Under the pieces are notes generated by a model. The model did not search any database. It had not been told where the DNA came from and saw only the letters and a program-made list of their open reading frames with translations. This document shows positions 1-11,288 of a stretch of DNA of 32,000 nt, one piece after another; position 1 is the stretch's first letter; each line of letters starts with the position of its first letter. A program made the position numbers and the translations under genes. The stretch covers positions 30,001 through 62,000 of the forward strand of contig NZ_AP023215.1 of assembly GCF_016593155.1 (NCBI RefSeq). The letters run 5' to 3'. This stretch comes from Candidatus Saccharimonadota bacterium (lineage in GTDB: Bacteria; Pseudomonadota; Gammaproteobacteria; Burkholderiales; Burkholderiaceae).

Positions 1-59
1 GAGATGAAATTCATCGTATGGCTGAAGCTAATAAAGCATTTTCTCATTTTCGTTTTTAA
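1..59 (+). CDS. rpsG: 30S ribosomal protein S7, 3' end (partial, starts upstream of window)
   Basis: Hand translation of frame 3 gives DEIHRMAEANKAFSHFRF followed by TAA at 57-59. This matches the conserved S7 C-terminus (E. coli ...HRMAEANKAFAHYRW). Its position just upstream of fusA fits the str operon. Confidence 0.85.
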   Translation, partial: DEIHRMAEANKAFSHFRF

Positions 60-156
60 TATTTTAAAATTTATATAATATTTTTTAAAATATTTTTATT
101 TTTATTATTTAAAATATATATCTTGTTTTATTGTACGAAATTTAGGATGAATTGTT

Positions 157-2259
157 ATGGAACGTAAAACTCCAATTGATAGGTATCGTAATATCGGTAT
201 TTCCGCTCATATAGATGCGGGTAAAACAACCACTACCGAACGTATTTTGTTTTATACTGGCGTGAACCATAAAATTGGCGAGGTGCATGATGGTGCGGCT
301 ACTATGGACTGGATGGAGCAAGAACAAGAGCGCGGGATAACAATTACTTCAGCGGCAACTACATGTTTTTGGAAGGGGATGGCAAATAATTTTCCGGAAC
401 ATCATATAAATATCATTGATACCCCAGGGCATGTTGATTTTACAATTGAAGTTGAGCGTTCAATGCGAGTATTAGATGGTGTATGTATGGTATATTGTGC
501 TGTTGGAGGTGTACAACCGCAATCAGAAACTGTTTGGAGGCAAGCTAATAAATATAAAGTTCCTCGTTTAGCATTTGTAAATAAAATGGATCGTATTGGT
601 GCTAATTTTTTTAAAGTTTATGAACAAATACGTGAGCGTTTAAAAGCCCATCCAGTTCCTGTACAAATACCAATTTATTCTGAAGAATCTTTTAATGGCG
701 TAATTGATTTAGTGAAAATGAAAGCTATTTATTGGGATGAAAAAAGTAAAGGAGTTAAATTTAATTATAAAGATATTCCTGAATCCTTAAAAGAAGAAGC
801 AAAAAAATGGCGCGAAAATATTCTAGAAGTAGTTTTTGAAGTATCTGAAAATTTAATGGATAAGTATTTAGAAGAAAATGATTTAAATGAATCCGAAATT
901 AAAACAGCAATTCGAAAATTAACCATTTCTGGTAAAATAATTCCAATGATGTGCGGTACTGCCTTTAAGAACAAAGGTGTTCAAGCAATGTTAGATGGTA
1001 TAGTTGATTATTTACCTTCTCCTGTTGATATACCACCTATAACAGGAACAAATGTAAATGATGAAATTGTATTTCGAAAAGCCAAAGATAAAGAAAAATT
1101 TTCTGCATTAGCATTTAAAATTTCAACAGATCCATTTGTTGGACAATTATGTTTTATTCGTTGTTATTCTGGAATATTAAATTCAGGCGATACAATATTA
1201 AATTCATTAAAGATAAAAAAAGAAAGAGTTGGTCGTATTGTTCAAATGCATGCCAATCAACGTGAGGAAATTAAAAAAATCTCATCAGGTGATATTGCTG
1301 CTATAGTTGGTTTAAAAAATACAACTACTGGTGATACACTTTGCGATGAAAAAGATATAATAATATTAGAACAAATGAATTTTCCTGAACCAGTTATTTC
1401 TCAAGCAATTGAACCAAAAACTAAGGCTGATCAAGAAAAAATGAGTATGGCATTAAATCGTTTAGCATCAGAAGATCCATCATTTCGTGTAAGAATTGAT
1501 GAGGAATCCGGTCAAACAATTATTTCTGGTATGGGTGAATTGCATTTAGATATTATTGTTGACCGTATAAAACGTGAATTTGGGGTAGAAGCAACTGTTG
1601 GAAAACCTCAAGTAGCATATCGAGAAACAATTCGAAAAATATGTAAAGAAGTTGAAGGAAAATTTATTAAACAATCTGGTGGTAGAGGGCAATATGGTCA
1701 TGTTTTTTTAAGAATTGAACCACAAATTCCTGGAAAAGGTTTTGAATTCATTGATGCTATAAAGAGCGGAGTTGTTCCTCGTGAATTTATCCCTGCTGTA
1801 GAAAAAGGAATACGAGAAGCATTAAATTCTGGTGTATTAGCCGGTTATCCAGTAGTTGATATAAAGGTAACTTTATTTTATGGTTCTTATCATGATGTTG
1901 ATTCAAATGAAAATGCATTTCGAATTGCGGGATCTATAGCGTTTAAAGATGGTTGCCGTAAATCTAATCCTACTATTCTTGAGCCAATAATGGCGGTAGA
2001 GGTTGAAACTCCAGAAGATTATGCTGGAACAGTAATAGGAGATCTAGCTTCTCGAAGAGGAATGATACAAGGAATGGATGAAATTTCAGGGGGTGGCGGA
2101 AAGATAATAAAAGCAGAGGTACCATTATCTAAAATGTTTGGTTACTCTACATCTTTACGGTCAATTACTCAAGGAAGAGCTACTTACACAATGGAATTTA
2201 AGTATTATTCAGAAATACCAAAAAATTTAATTGATACAATGATTAATAACAAAATTTAA
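157..2259 (+). CDS. fusA: Translation elongation factor G
   Basis: 700 aa ORF. GTPase motifs [17 protein letters not shown] and NKMDR are present, as is the domain [10 protein letters not shown] motif. The N-terminus [27 protein letters not shown] is typical of EF-G. Confidence 0.98.
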   Translation: MERKTPIDRYRNIGISAHIDAGKTTTTERILFYTGVNHKIGEVHDGAATMDWMEQEQERGITITSAATTCFWKGMANNFPEHHINIIDTPGHVDFTIEVERSMRVLDGVCMVYCAVGGVQPQSETVWRQANKYKVPRLAFVNKMDRIGANFFKVYEQIRERLKAHPVPVQIPIYSEESFNGVIDLVKMKAIYWDEKSKGVKFNYKDIPESLKEEAKKWRENILEVVFEVSENLMDKYLEENDLNESEIKTAIRKLTISGKIIPMMCGTAFKNKGVQAMLDGIVDYLPSPVDIPPITGTNVNDEIVFRKAKDKEKFSALAFKISTDPFVGQLCFIRCYSGILNSGDTILNSLKIKKERVGRIVQMHANQREEIKKISSGDIAAIVGLKNTTTGDTLCDEKDIIILEQMNFPEPVISQAIEPKTKADQEKMSMALNRLASEDPSFRVRIDEESGQTIISGMGELHLDIIVDRIKREFGVEATVGKPQVAYRETIRKICKEVEGKFIKQSGGRGQYGHVFLRIEPQIPGKGFEFIDAIKSGVVPREFIPAVEKGIREALNSGVLAGYPVVDIKVTLFYGSYHDVDSNENAFRIAGSIAFKDGCRKSNPTILEPIMAVEVETPEDYAGTVIGDLASRRGMIQGMDEISGGGGKIIKAEVPLSKMFGYSTSLRSITQGRATYTMEFKYYSEIPKNLIDTMINNKI

Positions 2260-2299
2260 ATGTTTTATTTTTATAACGGTTCGTCTTTTAAGGAAAAGC

Positions 2300-2626
2300 A
2301 TGTCAATTATAAATCAAAAAATACGTATTCGTTTAAAGGCGTTTGATTACCGTTTAATTGATAAATCAACATTAGAAATCGTTGAAACAGCTAGACGATC
2401 AGGTGCAGTAGTTCGTGGACCCATTCCTTTACCTACCCGTATTCAACGTTTTGATGTATTACGTTCACCGCATGTTAATAAAACGGCACGTGATCAATTT
2501 GAAATGCGTACTCATCGAAGATTAATGGATATTGTAAATCCAACAGATAAAACTGTAGATGCATTAATTAAATTAGATTTACCCGCTGGCGTAGATGTAG
2601 AAATTAAATTATATTCGATGAATTAG
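2300..2626 (+). CDS. rpsJ: 30S ribosomal protein S10
   Basis: 108 aa. [18 protein letters not shown] and the [21 protein letters not shown] motif match S10. Confidence 0.97.
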   Translation: MSIINQKIRIRLKAFDYRLIDKSTLEIVETARRSGAVVRGPIPLPTRIQRFDVLRSPHVNKTARDQFEMRTHRRLMDIVNPTDKTVDALIKLDLPAGVDVEIKLYSMN

Positions 2627-2670
2627 ATTAAAAAATTATTTATTGATTATAAATTTTAAATTTTTAAAAG

Positions 2671-2699
2671 TTGCGTTAATTTTATTATTAAGTTAAAAT
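2671..2699 (+). promoter_or_regulatory. Candidate sigma70-like promoter (TTGCGT-N17-TAAAAT) in the rpsJ-rplC spacer
   Basis: TTGCGT at 2671-2676, a 17-nt spacer, and TAAAAT at 2694-2699, about 90 nt upstream of the rplC ATG. Such matches arise easily by chance in AT-rich DNA. Confidence 0.25.
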
Positions 2700-2786
2700 T
2701 AGGCGCTAAATTTTAAAAATTTAAAAAAAATTTATATAAAGTTTAGAAAAATTTATAAAAATTGATGTGAATATGGAGATTAAAAT

Positions 2787-3443
2787 ATGAGCCAGGGTCT
2801 ATTAGGTCGTAAGGTGGGGATGACACGTATTTTTACGGAAAATGGTGAGTCTGTTCCTATAACTGTTTTAGATGTATCTAAAAATTATATTATTCAAATT
2901 AAAAAGTCTAAAATAGATGGTTATAACGCTATTCAAGTTTCATATGGTCAACTTCGTCCATCTAAAATAAATAAAGCTATAGCCGGTCATTATGCTAAAG
3001 CTAATGTTTTAGCCGGTTCTTTTTTAAAAGAATTTTTAATTGATTCTAGAAAAATTTCTAAAATAAAAATTGGTGATTCAGTTTCTATTAATTTATTTGA
3101 TGTAGGTCAAAAAGTGGATGTTCGTGGTATTTCGATAGGTAAAGGTTATTCTGGTGTTATTAAACGTTATGGATTTTCTTCTGGTCGCGCATCAAGAGGA
3201 AATTCTTGTGCTCATAATGTCCCTGGTTCAATCGGAATGTCACAGGATCCTGGTCGTGTTTTTCCTGGAAAACGTATGTCCGGTCATTTAGGTAATGTTT
3301 TTAAAACTATTCAAAATCTTAAAATTATAAAAATTGATTATGAGCGTCAACTTTTATTTATTAAAGGTTCTGTTCCTGGCGCAAAAAATGGAAAAATAGT
3401 TGTAACACATGCAATTAAAACTAAAGTTAATAAAGGCGTATAG
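2787..3443 (+). CDS. rplC: 50S ribosomal protein L3
   Basis: 218 aa. [24 protein letters not shown] is the typical L3 N-terminus. A GGAG Shine-Dalgarno lies upstream. Confidence 0.97.
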   Translation: MSQGLLGRKVGMTRIFTENGESVPITVLDVSKNYIIQIKKSKIDGYNAIQVSYGQLRPSKINKAIAGHYAKANVLAGSFLKEFLIDSRKISKIKIGDSVSINLFDVGQKVDVRGISIGKGYSGVIKRYGFSSGRASRGNSCAHNVPGSIGMSQDPGRVFPGKRMSGHLGNVFKTIQNLKIIKIDYERQLLFIKGSVPGAKNGKIVVTHAIKTKVNKGV

Positions 3444-3445
3444 TT

Positions 3446-4066
3446 ATGGAGCTAAAGTTTTTAAATGCACAAGGTCAAATTTTTTCAAATATTGAAGTAA
3501 AAGATAGTATTTTTAATAGCATTTACAATCAAGCATTAATTCATCAAATTATAGTTTCATATCGCGCAAATATGCGTAGTGGAAATAGAAAACAAAAAGA
3601 TAGAAAAGAAGTACATCATACAACAAAAAAACCGTGGCGCCAAAAAGGAACAGGCCGTGCTCGCGCCGGAATGTCGTCTTCTCCATTATGGAGGGGAGGC
3701 GGACGTTGTTTTCCAAATCTTCCTAATGAAAATTTTTCACATAAAATTAATAAAAAAATGTATAGAATCGCTCTTTGTTCTATATTATCTCAATTAGTTA
3801 GAGAAAATCGTTTATTAATTATTGAAAGTTTTTCGATAGATTCACCGAAAACAAAATTATTAGTCAATAAATTAATAAATATGGGTTTAAATTCAGTTTT
3901 AATTATTGTTAATGAATTTAATAAAAATTTGTTACTTTCTTCTAGAAATTTATCAAATGTATTACTTATTGAACCGCGATATATTAATCCTATATCACTT
4001 ATATTTTATAAAAAAGTTTTAATTACTAGAAATGCATTAGAAAAAGTTGAGAGATTATTAATATGA
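3446..4066 (+). CDS. rplD: 50S ribosomal protein L4
   Basis: 206 aa with the [14 protein letters not shown] motif. The TGA stop overlaps the rplW ATG (ATGA). Confidence 0.97.
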   Translation: MELKFLNAQGQIFSNIEVKDSIFNSIYNQALIHQIIVSYRANMRSGNRKQKDRKEVHHTTKKPWRQKGTGRARAGMSSSPLWRGGGRCFPNLPNENFSHKINKKMYRIALCSILSQLVRENRLLIIESFSIDSPKTKLLVNKLINMGLNSVLIIVNEFNKNLLLSSRNLSNVLLIEPRYINPISLIFYKKVLITRNALEKVERLLI

Positions 4067-4398
4067 GCATTAATATTAAATATAATAAAGAACGCTTGAT
4101 GAAGATATTATTATTTCCAATTATTTCCGAGAAAGCGACTTTTGTTTACAAAAAAAATAAACAAATTATTTTTTGTGTAATGCGAGACGCTACTAAATTA
4201 GAAATTAAGGCTGCTATTGAACTTTTTTTTAAGGTAAAAATTAAAGCCGTTCAAGTAGTAAATCGTTTAGGAAAACAAAAACGCTCCGGTAAAAATATAG
4301 GACGTCGCAAACATATGCGACATGCTTTTATATGTTTATATCCAGATCAAGAAATAGATTTTATAAAAAAAGGAGAAATAATCAATGACTCTTATTAG
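4063..4398 (+). CDS. rplW: 50S ribosomal protein L23
   Basis: 111 aa. [18 protein letters not shown] resembles the L23 N-terminus. The 3' end overlaps rplB by 14 nt. Confidence 0.93.
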   Translation: MSINIKYNKERLMKILLFPIISEKATFVYKKNKQIIFCVMRDATKLEIKAAIELFFKVKIKAVQVVNRLGKQKRSGKNIGRRKHMRHAFICLYPDQEIDFIKKGEIINDSY

Positions 4399-5212
4399 AG
4401 TTAAACCCACTTCTCCTGGTCGTCGAGGCATGGTTAAGGTTATTAATAAAAATTTGTATAAAGGTCGACCGTTTCGAGCGTTAATTGAAAAAAAATCAAA
4501 AAATTCCGGTCGTAATAATTATGGTCGTATTACTACTCGTCATATTGGAGGAGGGCATAAACAAAATTATCGTATAATTGATTTTAAAAGGAAAAAAGAT
4601 AATGTTTTAGCTAAAGTTGAACGCATTGAATATGATCCTAATCGTAGCGCAAATATAGCACTTTTATGTTATATTGATGGTGATCGTCGTTATATTCTTG
4701 CTACAAAAAATATGACTATAGGTGATTATATAATTAATGGTTCTAATGCTCCTATAAAATCCGGTAATTGTTTACCAATTAGAAACATTCCAATTGGTAC
4801 CGTAATTAATTGTATAGAAATTTTACCTGGAAAAGGCGCTCAAATAGCTCGTTCTGCTGGTTCCGGTGCCACTTTAGTATCTCGTGAGAGTGTATACTCT
4901 CAAATACGTTTACGCTCTGGTGAAGTAAGGCATATACATATTGAATGCCGAGCTACTATAGGTGAAATAGGAAATATAGAGCATAATTTACGTAAAATTG
5001 GTAAAGCTGGTGCAATGCGTTGGCGTGGTATACGTCCTACTGTTCGAGGAGTAGCTATGAATCCAGTAGATCATCCTCATGGAGGTGGAGAAGGAAAAAC
5101 TTCCGCTGGTCGTCATCCCGTTTCTCCCTGGGGGGTGCAAACTAAAGGAAAAAAAACTCGTAATAACAAGCGTACAGATTCTATGATAGTTTCTTATCGC
5201 AAAAATAAATAA
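4385..5212 (+). CDS. rplB: 50S ribosomal protein L2
   Basis: 275 aa with KPTSPGRRG and [14 protein letters not shown] motifs. A GGAG Shine-Dalgarno lies upstream. Confidence 0.98.
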   Translation: MTLIRVKPTSPGRRGMVKVINKNLYKGRPFRALIEKKSKNSGRNNYGRITTRHIGGGHKQNYRIIDFKRKKDNVLAKVERIEYDPNRSANIALLCYIDGDRRYILATKNMTIGDYIINGSNAPIKSGNCLPIRNIPIGTVINCIEILPGKGAQIARSAGSGATLVSRESVYSQIRLRSGEVRHIHIECRATIGEIGNIEHNLRKIGKAGAMRWRGIRPTVRGVAMNPVDHPHGGGEGKTSAGRHPVSPWGVQTKGKKTRNNKRTDSMIVSYRKNK

Positions 5213-5220
5213 GGATTAAA

Positions 5221-5496
5221 ATGGCACGTTCATTAAAAAAAGGTCCTTTTTGTGATGTACATTTAATAAAAAAAGTTGAAAAAGCACAAAATACAAAAGA
5301 TAAAAAGCCAATTAAAACTTGGTCTCGTCGCTCAACAATTATGCCTGATTTTATTGGTTTAACTATTTCTGTTCATAATGGAAAAGAACATATACCTGTA
5401 TATATATCTGAAAATATGGTTGGTCATAAACTCGGTGAATTTGCATTGACACGTACATTTAAAGGTCATTCTGGTGATAAAAAGGTTAAGAAATAA
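5221..5496 (+). CDS. rpsS: 30S ribosomal protein S19
   Basis: 91 aa. [10 protein letters not shown] and [25 protein letters not shown] match S19. Confidence 0.98.
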   Translation: MARSLKKGPFCDVHLIKKVEKAQNTKDKKPIKTWSRRSTIMPDFIGLTISVHNGKEHIPVYISENMVGHKLGEFALTRTFKGHSGDKKVKK

Positions 5497-5507
5497 AAGG
5501 TTGATTA

Positions 5508-5840
5508 ATGGAAACTAAAGCTATTTTACGTAATACACATCTTTCTACACAAAAAAGTCGTTTAGTTGCTGATTTAATTCGAGGTAAAAGTGTTGAAAAA
5601 GCTATTAATATTTTAGCATTTAATCCTAAAAAATGCGCAATTATTATTAAAAAAGTATTAGAATCTGCAATTGCGAATGCTGAACATAATAATGGAGAGG
5701 ATATAGATAACTTGAAAGTAAAGGCTATTTATATTGAAAAAGCTTCTATTGTTAAGCGTTTTTTTGCTCGCGCTAAAGGTAGAGGTAATCATATTTCAAA
5801 ACAATTTTGTCATATTTATGTAATTGTAAGTAGTAATTAA
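5508..5840 (+). CDS. rplV: 50S ribosomal protein L22
   Basis: 110 aa. The [20 protein letters not shown] motif and gene order support L22. Confidence 0.96.
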   Translation: METKAILRNTHLSTQKSRLVADLIRGKSVEKAINILAFNPKKCAIIIKKVLESAIANAEHNNGEDIDNLKVKAIYIEKASIVKRFFARAKGRGNHISKQFCHIYVIVSSN

Positions 5841-5851
5841 GGAGTCATAAA

Positions 5852-6595
5852 ATGGGGCAAAAAATTCATCCAGTTGGATTTCGTCTTTCGTTTAATTTGG
5901 ATTGGAAAGCACGTTGGTATGCTGATAAAAATAATTTTTCTATTATGCTTAATCAAGATTTAAGAGTTCGCGCATATCTTAGAGAAAGATTAAAAAACGC
6001 ATCAATTAGTCGTGTTGTAATTGAGCGCCCAGCTAAAAATGCTCGTATTACTATTTATAGCTCACGACCAGGTGTTATTATTGGCAAGAAAGGCGAAGAT
6101 ATTGAGTTTTTAAGGTCTGTTTTAACTAAAATTATGAATGTACCTGTTCATATTAATATTGAAGAAATTACTAGACCAGAATCAGATGCTAAACTTATTT
6201 CTGATTCAATTGCACAACAATTAGAAAAACGTATTGTATTTCGCAGGGTAATGAAACGTGTAATACAAAATTCAGCTCGATTAAGTTTAAAGGGAATAAA
6301 GATAATGATTTCTGGGCGTTTAAATGGTGTTGAAATTGCTAGAAAAGAATGGTATAAAGAAGGTAGAATACCTTTGCATACTTTACGCGCAGATATTGAC
6401 TATAGTTTTAGTGAGGCTCATACAACCTATGGGATTATTGGTATAAAAGTTTGGATTTATAAGGGTGAAAAAAGTCCTATTATAAATTCTTTAAAAATAA
6501 AAACTGTAAATCATGATAAAAAACGCCGTCCTCAATATCGGGGTAATAAAAATATAGATTTTCATTCGAAAAATACTCATTCTAAGTTACAATAA
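5852..6595 (+). CDS. rpsC: 30S ribosomal protein S3
   Basis: 247 aa. [12 protein letters not shown], the KH-domain GKKGEDIE motif and a basic C-terminal extension are present. Confidence 0.97.
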   Translation: MGQKIHPVGFRLSFNLDWKARWYADKNNFSIMLNQDLRVRAYLRERLKNASISRVVIERPAKNARITIYSSRPGVIIGKKGEDIEFLRSVLTKIMNVPVHINIEEITRPESDAKLISDSIAQQLEKRIVFRRVMKRVIQNSARLSLKGIKIMISGRLNGVEIARKEWYKEGRIPLHTLRADIDYSFSEAHTTYGIIGIKVWIYKGEKSPIINSLKIKTVNHDKKRRPQYRGNKNIDFHSKNTHSKLQ

Positions 6596-6612
6596 AAGGT
6601 TGGAGAAAAAGC

Positions 6613-7029
6613 ATGTTACAACCAGCTCGTAGAAAATATCGTAAAGAACAAAAGGGACGTAATACTGGTATTTCACATTTTCGTGGCACTTCTGTTTCAT
6701 TTGGTAAATTTGGATTAAAAGCGATTGTTCGTGGTCGAATTACAGCTCAACAAATTGAATCAGCTAGGAGAGCAATGACTCGTCATATTAAACGAGGGGG
6801 GCGAGTTTGGATTAGAATTTTTCCAGATAAACCAATTTCCAATAAACCAGCAGAAGTTAGAATGGGGAATGGTAAAGGTAATCCAGAGTATTATGTTACA
6901 GAAATACAACCAGGAAAAGTTCTTTATGAGATGGATGGAGTAAGTGAAGAATTAGCAAGAGAGGCGTTTCGTTTAGCCTCCGCTAAACTTCCACTTTTAA
7001 CTATTTTTGTTATAAGACAAGTTGGATAA
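6613..7029 (+). CDS. rplP: 50S ribosomal protein L16
   Basis: 138 aa. [19 protein letters not shown] and [13 protein letters not shown] match L16. Confidence 0.98.
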   Translation: MLQPARRKYRKEQKGRNTGISHFRGTSVSFGKFGLKAIVRGRITAQQIESARRAMTRHIKRGGRVWIRIFPDKPISNKPAEVRMGNGKGNPEYYVTEIQPGKVLYEMDGVSEELAREAFRLASAKLPLLTIFVIRQVG

Positions 7030-7056
7030 TAATTATAAAAAATAAAAAATGATAAA

Positions 7057-7248
7057 ATGAAAATATCTGAATTATTTAAAAAAAATAAAAAAGACTTAAA
7101 TAAAGAGTTAATTGAATTATTAAAAATACAATTTAGTTTACGTATACAAATAAAAAATCAAAAATTACATAATATTTCTCAAATAAAAAAAATACGTCGT
7201 AATATTGCTCGCATAAAAACTATTTTAAATATTAGGAATACTTATTAA
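7057..7248 (+). CDS. rpmC: 50S ribosomal protein L29
   Basis: 63 aa basic helical protein in the L29 position between rplP and rpsQ. The sequence has drifted but keeps the KELxELLKxQFxLR pattern. Confidence 0.88.
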   Translation: MKISELFKKNKKDLNKELIELLKIQFSLRIQIKNQKLHNISQIKKIRRNIARIKTILNIRNTY

Positions 7249-7505
7249 TGAATACTCCAATAAAAAAAAAATTAAAAAGATCTTTAATTGGTAAAGTTAT
7301 ATCTGATAAAATGAATAATACTGTAACTGTACTTATAGAACGTCGTGTTAAACATCCTTTATATGGGAAAATTATTACAAGAATTAGTAAATATCATGTA
7401 CATAATAAAAATAATTTCGCTAAACTCGGAGATTTTGTTGAAATTAAAGAAGGGAGACCGATTTCAAAAACAAAATCTTGGAATATAAAAAATATATTAA
7501 CTTAA
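7248..7505 (+). CDS. rpsQ: 30S ribosomal protein S17
   Basis: 85 aa. [27 protein letters not shown] matches S17. The ATG overlaps the rpmC TAA by 1 nt. Confidence 0.96.
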   Translation: MNTPIKKKLKRSLIGKVISDKMNNTVTVLIERRVKHPLYGKIITRISKYHVHNKNNFAKLGDFVEIKEGRPISKTKSWNIKNILT

Positions 7506-7626
7506 TTATAAAAAAATTTTTTATTTTAATTTTTATAAATTCTTAAATTTTTTAAAAAATTATAATTTTTAATTTTTTAAAAATATTTTTATATAATTAT
7601 TTTTTAAAATTCTGAAAACTAAAAAT

Positions 7627-7995
7627 ATGATTCAAACAGAAAGTCGACTTGAAATTGCTGATAATACCGGTGCTCGTGAAGTTTTATGTATTAAAGTTTT
7701 AGGGGGGTCTAAACGTCGCTATGCTTCTATTGGGGATATAATTAAAGTAACTATAAAAAATGCTATTCCTAGGGGGCGAGTAAAAAAAGGTGAAATTTAT
7801 AATGCAATTGTAGTTCGTACAAAAAAGGGTGTTCGTCGTCAAGATGGTTCTTTAATAAAATTTGATAAAAATGCTGCTGTTTTATTAAATTCAAAATTTG
7901 AACCTATAGGTACTCGTATATTTGGTCCAGTTACAAGAGAATTACGAACAGAACGATTTATGAAAATTATTTCTCTTGCTCCTGAAGTTTTATAA
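7627..7995 (+). CDS. rplN: 50S ribosomal protein L14
   Basis: 122 aa. [28 protein letters not shown] matches L14. Confidence 0.98.
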   Translation: MIQTESRLEIADNTGAREVLCIKVLGGSKRRYASIGDIIKVTIKNAIPRGRVKKGEIYNAIVVRTKKGVRRQDGSLIKFDKNAAVLLNSKFEPIGTRIFGPVTRELRTERFMKIISLAPEVL

Positions 7996-8016
7996 ATTTT
8001 TAGAAAAATAAAAAAA

Positions 8017-8346
8017 ATGAAAAAAATTCGTATAAATGATGAGGTAGTTATTTTAACTGGAAAAGAAAAAAAAAAGAGAGGTATTGTTAAAAAAATTATT
8101 AATATGAATTATGTTATTGTGGATAAGATTAATATTTTTAAAAAAACAATTAAACCAAATCCATCATTAAATAAAGTAGGTAGTATTATTAAAAAAATAA
8201 TGCCAATTCATATATCAAATATTGCTTTATTTAATCCTAAATCAGGAAAAGCAGATCGAGTAATTTTTAAGAATATAAATGGAAAAAAAATAAGAGTTTT
8301 TAAATCTAATAACGAAATTGTTAATAGTAAAATTATTAAAATTTAA
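8017..8346 (+). CDS. rplX: 50S ribosomal protein L24
   Basis: 109 aa. It has a KOW-like IRINDEVVILTGKEKKKRG N-terminus and sits between rplN and rplE. Confidence 0.92.
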   Translation: MKKIRINDEVVILTGKEKKKRGIVKKIINMNYVIVDKINIFKKTIKPNPSLNKVGSIIKKIMPIHISNIALFNPKSGKADRVIFKNINGKKIRVFKSNNEIVNSKIIKI

Positions 8347-8352
8347 AAGAAT

Positions 8353-8892
8353 ATGATTCGCCTCCAAGAGTTTTATAAAAAAAATATTATTCCTTATTTA
8401 ATAAATAAGTATTCTTATTCTTCTGAAATGCAAGTACCTCGTATTTTAAAAATTACCTTAAATATGGGTCTTTCAGAGGCTGTTTCTAATAAAAAGGTTA
8501 TTGAGAATGCTGTTTCTGATTTAACTAAAATTTCAGGACAAAAACCAATTGTCACTAAAGCGCGTAAATCAATATCTGCTTTTAAAATTCGAGAAAATTA
8601 TTCAATTGGTTGTATGGTAACCTTAAGAAGAACGAGAATGTATGAATTTTTAGATCGTTTAATTACTATTGCGTTACCTCGTGTTCGTGATTTTCGTGGT
8701 ATATCTGGAAAAATTTTTGATGGGAGGGGAAATTGCAATATTGGTATAAAAGAACAAATTATTTTTCCAGAAATTGAATATGATAAAATTGATATGTTAA
8801 GAGGTATGAATATTAACATTTCTACAACCTCAAAAACTGATAAAGAAGCAAAATCACTTCTTTCTGCATTTAAATTTCCATTTAGAAATTAA
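8353..8892 (+). CDS. rplE: 50S ribosomal protein L5
   Basis: 179 aa. [13 protein letters not shown] and [34 protein letters not shown] match L5. Confidence 0.98.
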   Translation: MIRLQEFYKKNIIPYLINKYSYSSEMQVPRILKITLNMGLSEAVSNKKVIENAVSDLTKISGQKPIVTKARKSISAFKIRENYSIGCMVTLRRTRMYEFLDRLITIALPRVRDFRGISGKIFDGRGNCNIGIKEQIIFPEIEYDKIDMLRGMNINISTTSKTDKEAKSLLSAFKFPFRN

Positions 8893-8904
8893 GAGATCAA
8901 AATT

Positions 8905-9210
8905 ATGGCAAAACTATCATTAGTAAATCGCGAGCTTAAACGTAAATTTTTAGTTAAAAAATATGCTAATAAAAGAATTGAATTAAAGAAAATTATTAGA
9001 GATCAATCAAAATCAGAAGAAGAACGTTATAAAGCACGTTTAGTACTACAATCTCTTCCAAGAAATTCTAATCCTACTCGTCAACGTAATCGTTGTTCTT
9101 TAACGGGTCGTCCTAGAGGGAATTTTCGTAAATTTAATTTGAGTCGTATAAAATTAAGAGAAATTGCTATGCAAGGCGATATCCCTGGAATAACTAGAGC
9201 TAGTTGGTAA
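8905..9210 (+). CDS. rpsN: 30S ribosomal protein S14 (long form with a single Cys, zinc-independent type)
   Basis: 101 aa. [26 protein letters not shown] and a C-terminal W match S14. Confidence 0.97.
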   Translation: MAKLSLVNRELKRKFLVKKYANKRIELKKIIRDQSKSEEERYKARLVLQSLPRNSNPTRQRNRCSLTGRPRGNFRKFNLSRIKLREIAMQGDIPGITRASW

Positions 9211-9226
9211 TAATAAGGAGAAAATA

Positions 9227-9625
9227 ATGAGCATGAGCGATCCTATTGCTGATATGTTGACTTATATTCGTAATGGACAAATTGTAAATAAAAGAAAAAT
9301 AATAATGCCATCATCTAAAATAAAAATAGAAATTGCTAAAGTTCTTAAAAATGAAGGGTATATTAAGGATTTTTTTATAATCAAATGCCTTAAAAATAAA
9401 TTTGAATTAAAAATATTATTGAAATATTATATGAATCGTCCTGTTATTGAATGTTTAAAGCGCATTTCTCGCCCAGGGTTACGTATTTATAAAAATAAAA
9501 ATAATATTCCTAAAATAATGAATGGTTTAGGTTTAGTTATTATATCAACTTCATCAGGTATTATAACTGATCGTAAGGCTAGAGCGATGGGCATTGGCGG
9601 TGAAATTATTTGTTATGTTTCTTAA
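9227..9625 (+). CDS. rpsH: 30S ribosomal protein S8
   Basis: 132 aa. [18 protein letters not shown] matches the S8 N-terminus. Confidence 0.98.
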   Translation: MSMSDPIADMLTYIRNGQIVNKRKIIMPSSKIKIEIAKVLKNEGYIKDFFIIKCLKNKFELKILLKYYMNRPVIECLKRISRPGLRIYKNKNNIPKIMNGLGLVIISTSSGIITDRKARAMGIGGEIICYVS

Positions 9626-9636
9626 GGAATAATAAA

Positions 9637-10170
9637 ATGTCTCGTATAGGTAAGATGCCTATTTTTATACCTTCTACCGTAGAAGTTATACTAAATCCTA
9701 ATAAAATCATATTAAAGGGACCATTAGGTATATTGAAGCAAAATCAAAATAACTTAGTAAAAATTAAAAACAATTCTAATGTTCTTTATTTTACCGCAAT
9801 TAATAATAGTCGTATAGCAAATTCAATGTCTGGTACAATGCGATCTATAATTAATAATATGGTTATTGGAATAACAAAAGGTTTTAAAAAGAAGCTCCAA
9901 TTAATTGGAGTGGGTTTTCGAGCAAAAATTGAAAAAAATTATCTAAATTTAATTCTCGGTTTTTCTCATCCTATTTTATATAAAATACCATTTGATATTA
10001 TTTGTGAAACACCCAGTCAAACAGAAATTTTAATAAAAGGAAGTAATCGACAGGCTGTTGGACAGGTAGCTTCAGAAATACGCGGATATTATAAACCTGA
10101 ACCTTATAAAGGTAAGGGCGTTCGTTATTTAAATGAAATAGTTATTCTTAAGGAAACTAAGAAAAAATAA
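9637..10170 (+). CDS. rplF: 50S ribosomal protein L6
   Basis: The ORF track begins at 9610, which overlaps rpsH. I prefer the internal ATG at 9637 (MSRIGKMPI...), which matches the L6 N-terminus and follows an AAGGA Shine-Dalgarno. This gives 177 aa. Confidence 0.95.
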   Translation: MSRIGKMPIFIPSTVEVILNPNKIILKGPLGILKQNQNNLVKIKNNSNVLYFTAINNSRIANSMSGTMRSIINNMVIGITKGFKKKLQLIGVGFRAKIEKNYLNLILGFSHPILYKIPFDIICETPSQTEILIKGSNRQAVGQVASEIRGYYKPEPYKGKGVRYLNEIVILKETKKK

Positions 10171-10194
10171 TATAATAATTATAAGTTATTTCTA

Positions 10195-10557
10195 ATGAAT
10201 AAAATAAAATCACGTTTACGGCGTGCCAGAAAAGTAAGAATAAAAATTTCTGAATTAGAAATTAATCGTCTTATGGTGCATCGCACTAATTTACATATAT
10301 ATGCTAATATTATAAGCCCGAATGCAGAGATTTTAATTTCAGCTTCTACATTAGAAAAAGAAGTTCGTTTGAAATTAAATACCCAATCTGGTAAAGGAGG
10401 TAATATTTCTGCTGCCTCTATAATAGGTCGACGTATTGCTGAAAAAGCATTAAAAATAGGAATTACACAAGTTGCATTTGATCGTTCTGGTTTTCGTTAT
10501 CATGGTCGCATTAAAGCTTTAGCAAATGCCGCTAGAAAAATCGGATTAAAGTTTTAA
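10195..10557 (+). CDS. rplR: 50S ribosomal protein L18
   Basis: 120 aa. [15 protein letters not shown] and [20 protein letters not shown] match L18. Confidence 0.97.
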   Translation: MNKIKSRLRRARKVRIKISELEINRLMVHRTNLHIYANIISPNAEILISASTLEKEVRLKLNTQSGKGGNISAASIIGRRIAEKALKIGITQVAFDRSGFRYHGRIKALANAARKIGLKF

Positions 10558-10569
10558 AGAGGAATTAGT

Positions 10570-11088
10570 ATGGTAAAAATACAATCAAGAATTCAAAATG
10601 AAAAGCCGGATGATGGAATACGAGAAAAAATGATTGCAGTTAATCGTGTTACAAAAGTTGTAAAGGGTGGTCGTATTATGAGTTTTTCGGCATTAGTGGT
10701 AGTTGGAGATGGTCATGGACGAGTTGGTATGGGAAAAGGTAAATCAAAAGAAGTTCCTTCTGCTGTCCAAAAAGCTGTTAATAAAGCTCGTAGAAATATG
10801 ATTAAAGTAATATTAAAAAATAATACATTACAATACACGGTATTAGGTAAACATGGAGCATCATTAGTACTAATAACTCCAGCTAAAGAAGGAACAGGAA
10901 TAATTGCAGGAGGTGCGGTTCGAGCTATTTTTGATGTTATGGGAGTTCATAATGTTGTCGCAAAATCTCATGGATCAACTAATGCATATAATATGGTTCG
11001 CGCCACATTAAATGGTTTATTAAAAATAAATACACCTTTTGAAATCGCAAAAAAGCGCAATAAATCCATTAAAGAAATTTTGAATTAA
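10570..11088 (+). CDS. rpsE: 30S ribosomal protein S5
   Basis: 172 aa. [42 protein letters not shown] matches S5. Confidence 0.98.
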   Translation: MVKIQSRIQNEKPDDGIREKMIAVNRVTKVVKGGRIMSFSALVVVGDGHGRVGMGKGKSKEVPSAVQKAVNKARRNMIKVILKNNTLQYTVLGKHGASLVLITPAKEGTGIIAGGAVRAIFDVMGVHNVVAKSHGSTNAYNMVRATLNGLLKINTPFEIAKKRNKSIKEILN

Positions 11089-11090
11089 CA

Positions 11091-11270
11091 ATGAAAAAAA
11101 TACTAAAAATACAACTTATTAAAAGTTTAATTGGAAAAAAAAATACACATCGCGCAATTATTCGTGGGCTTGGTTTAAAAAGAATTAATTCTGTGCGTGT
11201 ATTAAATGACACCTCCTCAATTCGCGGTATGATAAATAAAGTATCATATCTTGTGAAAATACTTTCATAA
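11091..11270 (+). CDS. rpmD: 50S ribosomal protein L30 (not in supplied ORF track)
   Basis: Hand translation from the ATG at 11091 gives [59 protein letters not shown] (59 aa), with TAA ending at 11270. The L30 motifs (RGLGL..., IRGMI.KV..L) and the position between rpsE and rplO fit. Confidence 0.93.
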   Translation: MKKILKIQLIKSLIGKKNTHRAIIRGLGLKRINSVRVLNDTSSIRGMINKVSYLVKILS

Positions 11271-11288
11271 TATATTATAATTAAAAAT

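Noticed and set aside
2260-2299. Short ACG-GTT-CGT stem followed by CTTTT after fusA, considered as a terminator or attenuator before rpsJ
   Set aside because: The stem is only 3 bp with a 3-nt loop, which is too weak to count as an intrinsic terminator.
3579-3797. 72-aa same-strand alternative-frame ORF inside rplD
   Set aside because: It overlaps the most conserved part of L4 ([14 protein letters not shown]) in another frame. It stays open because that segment is locally richer in GC and so has fewer stop codons, and it shows no independent coding signal.
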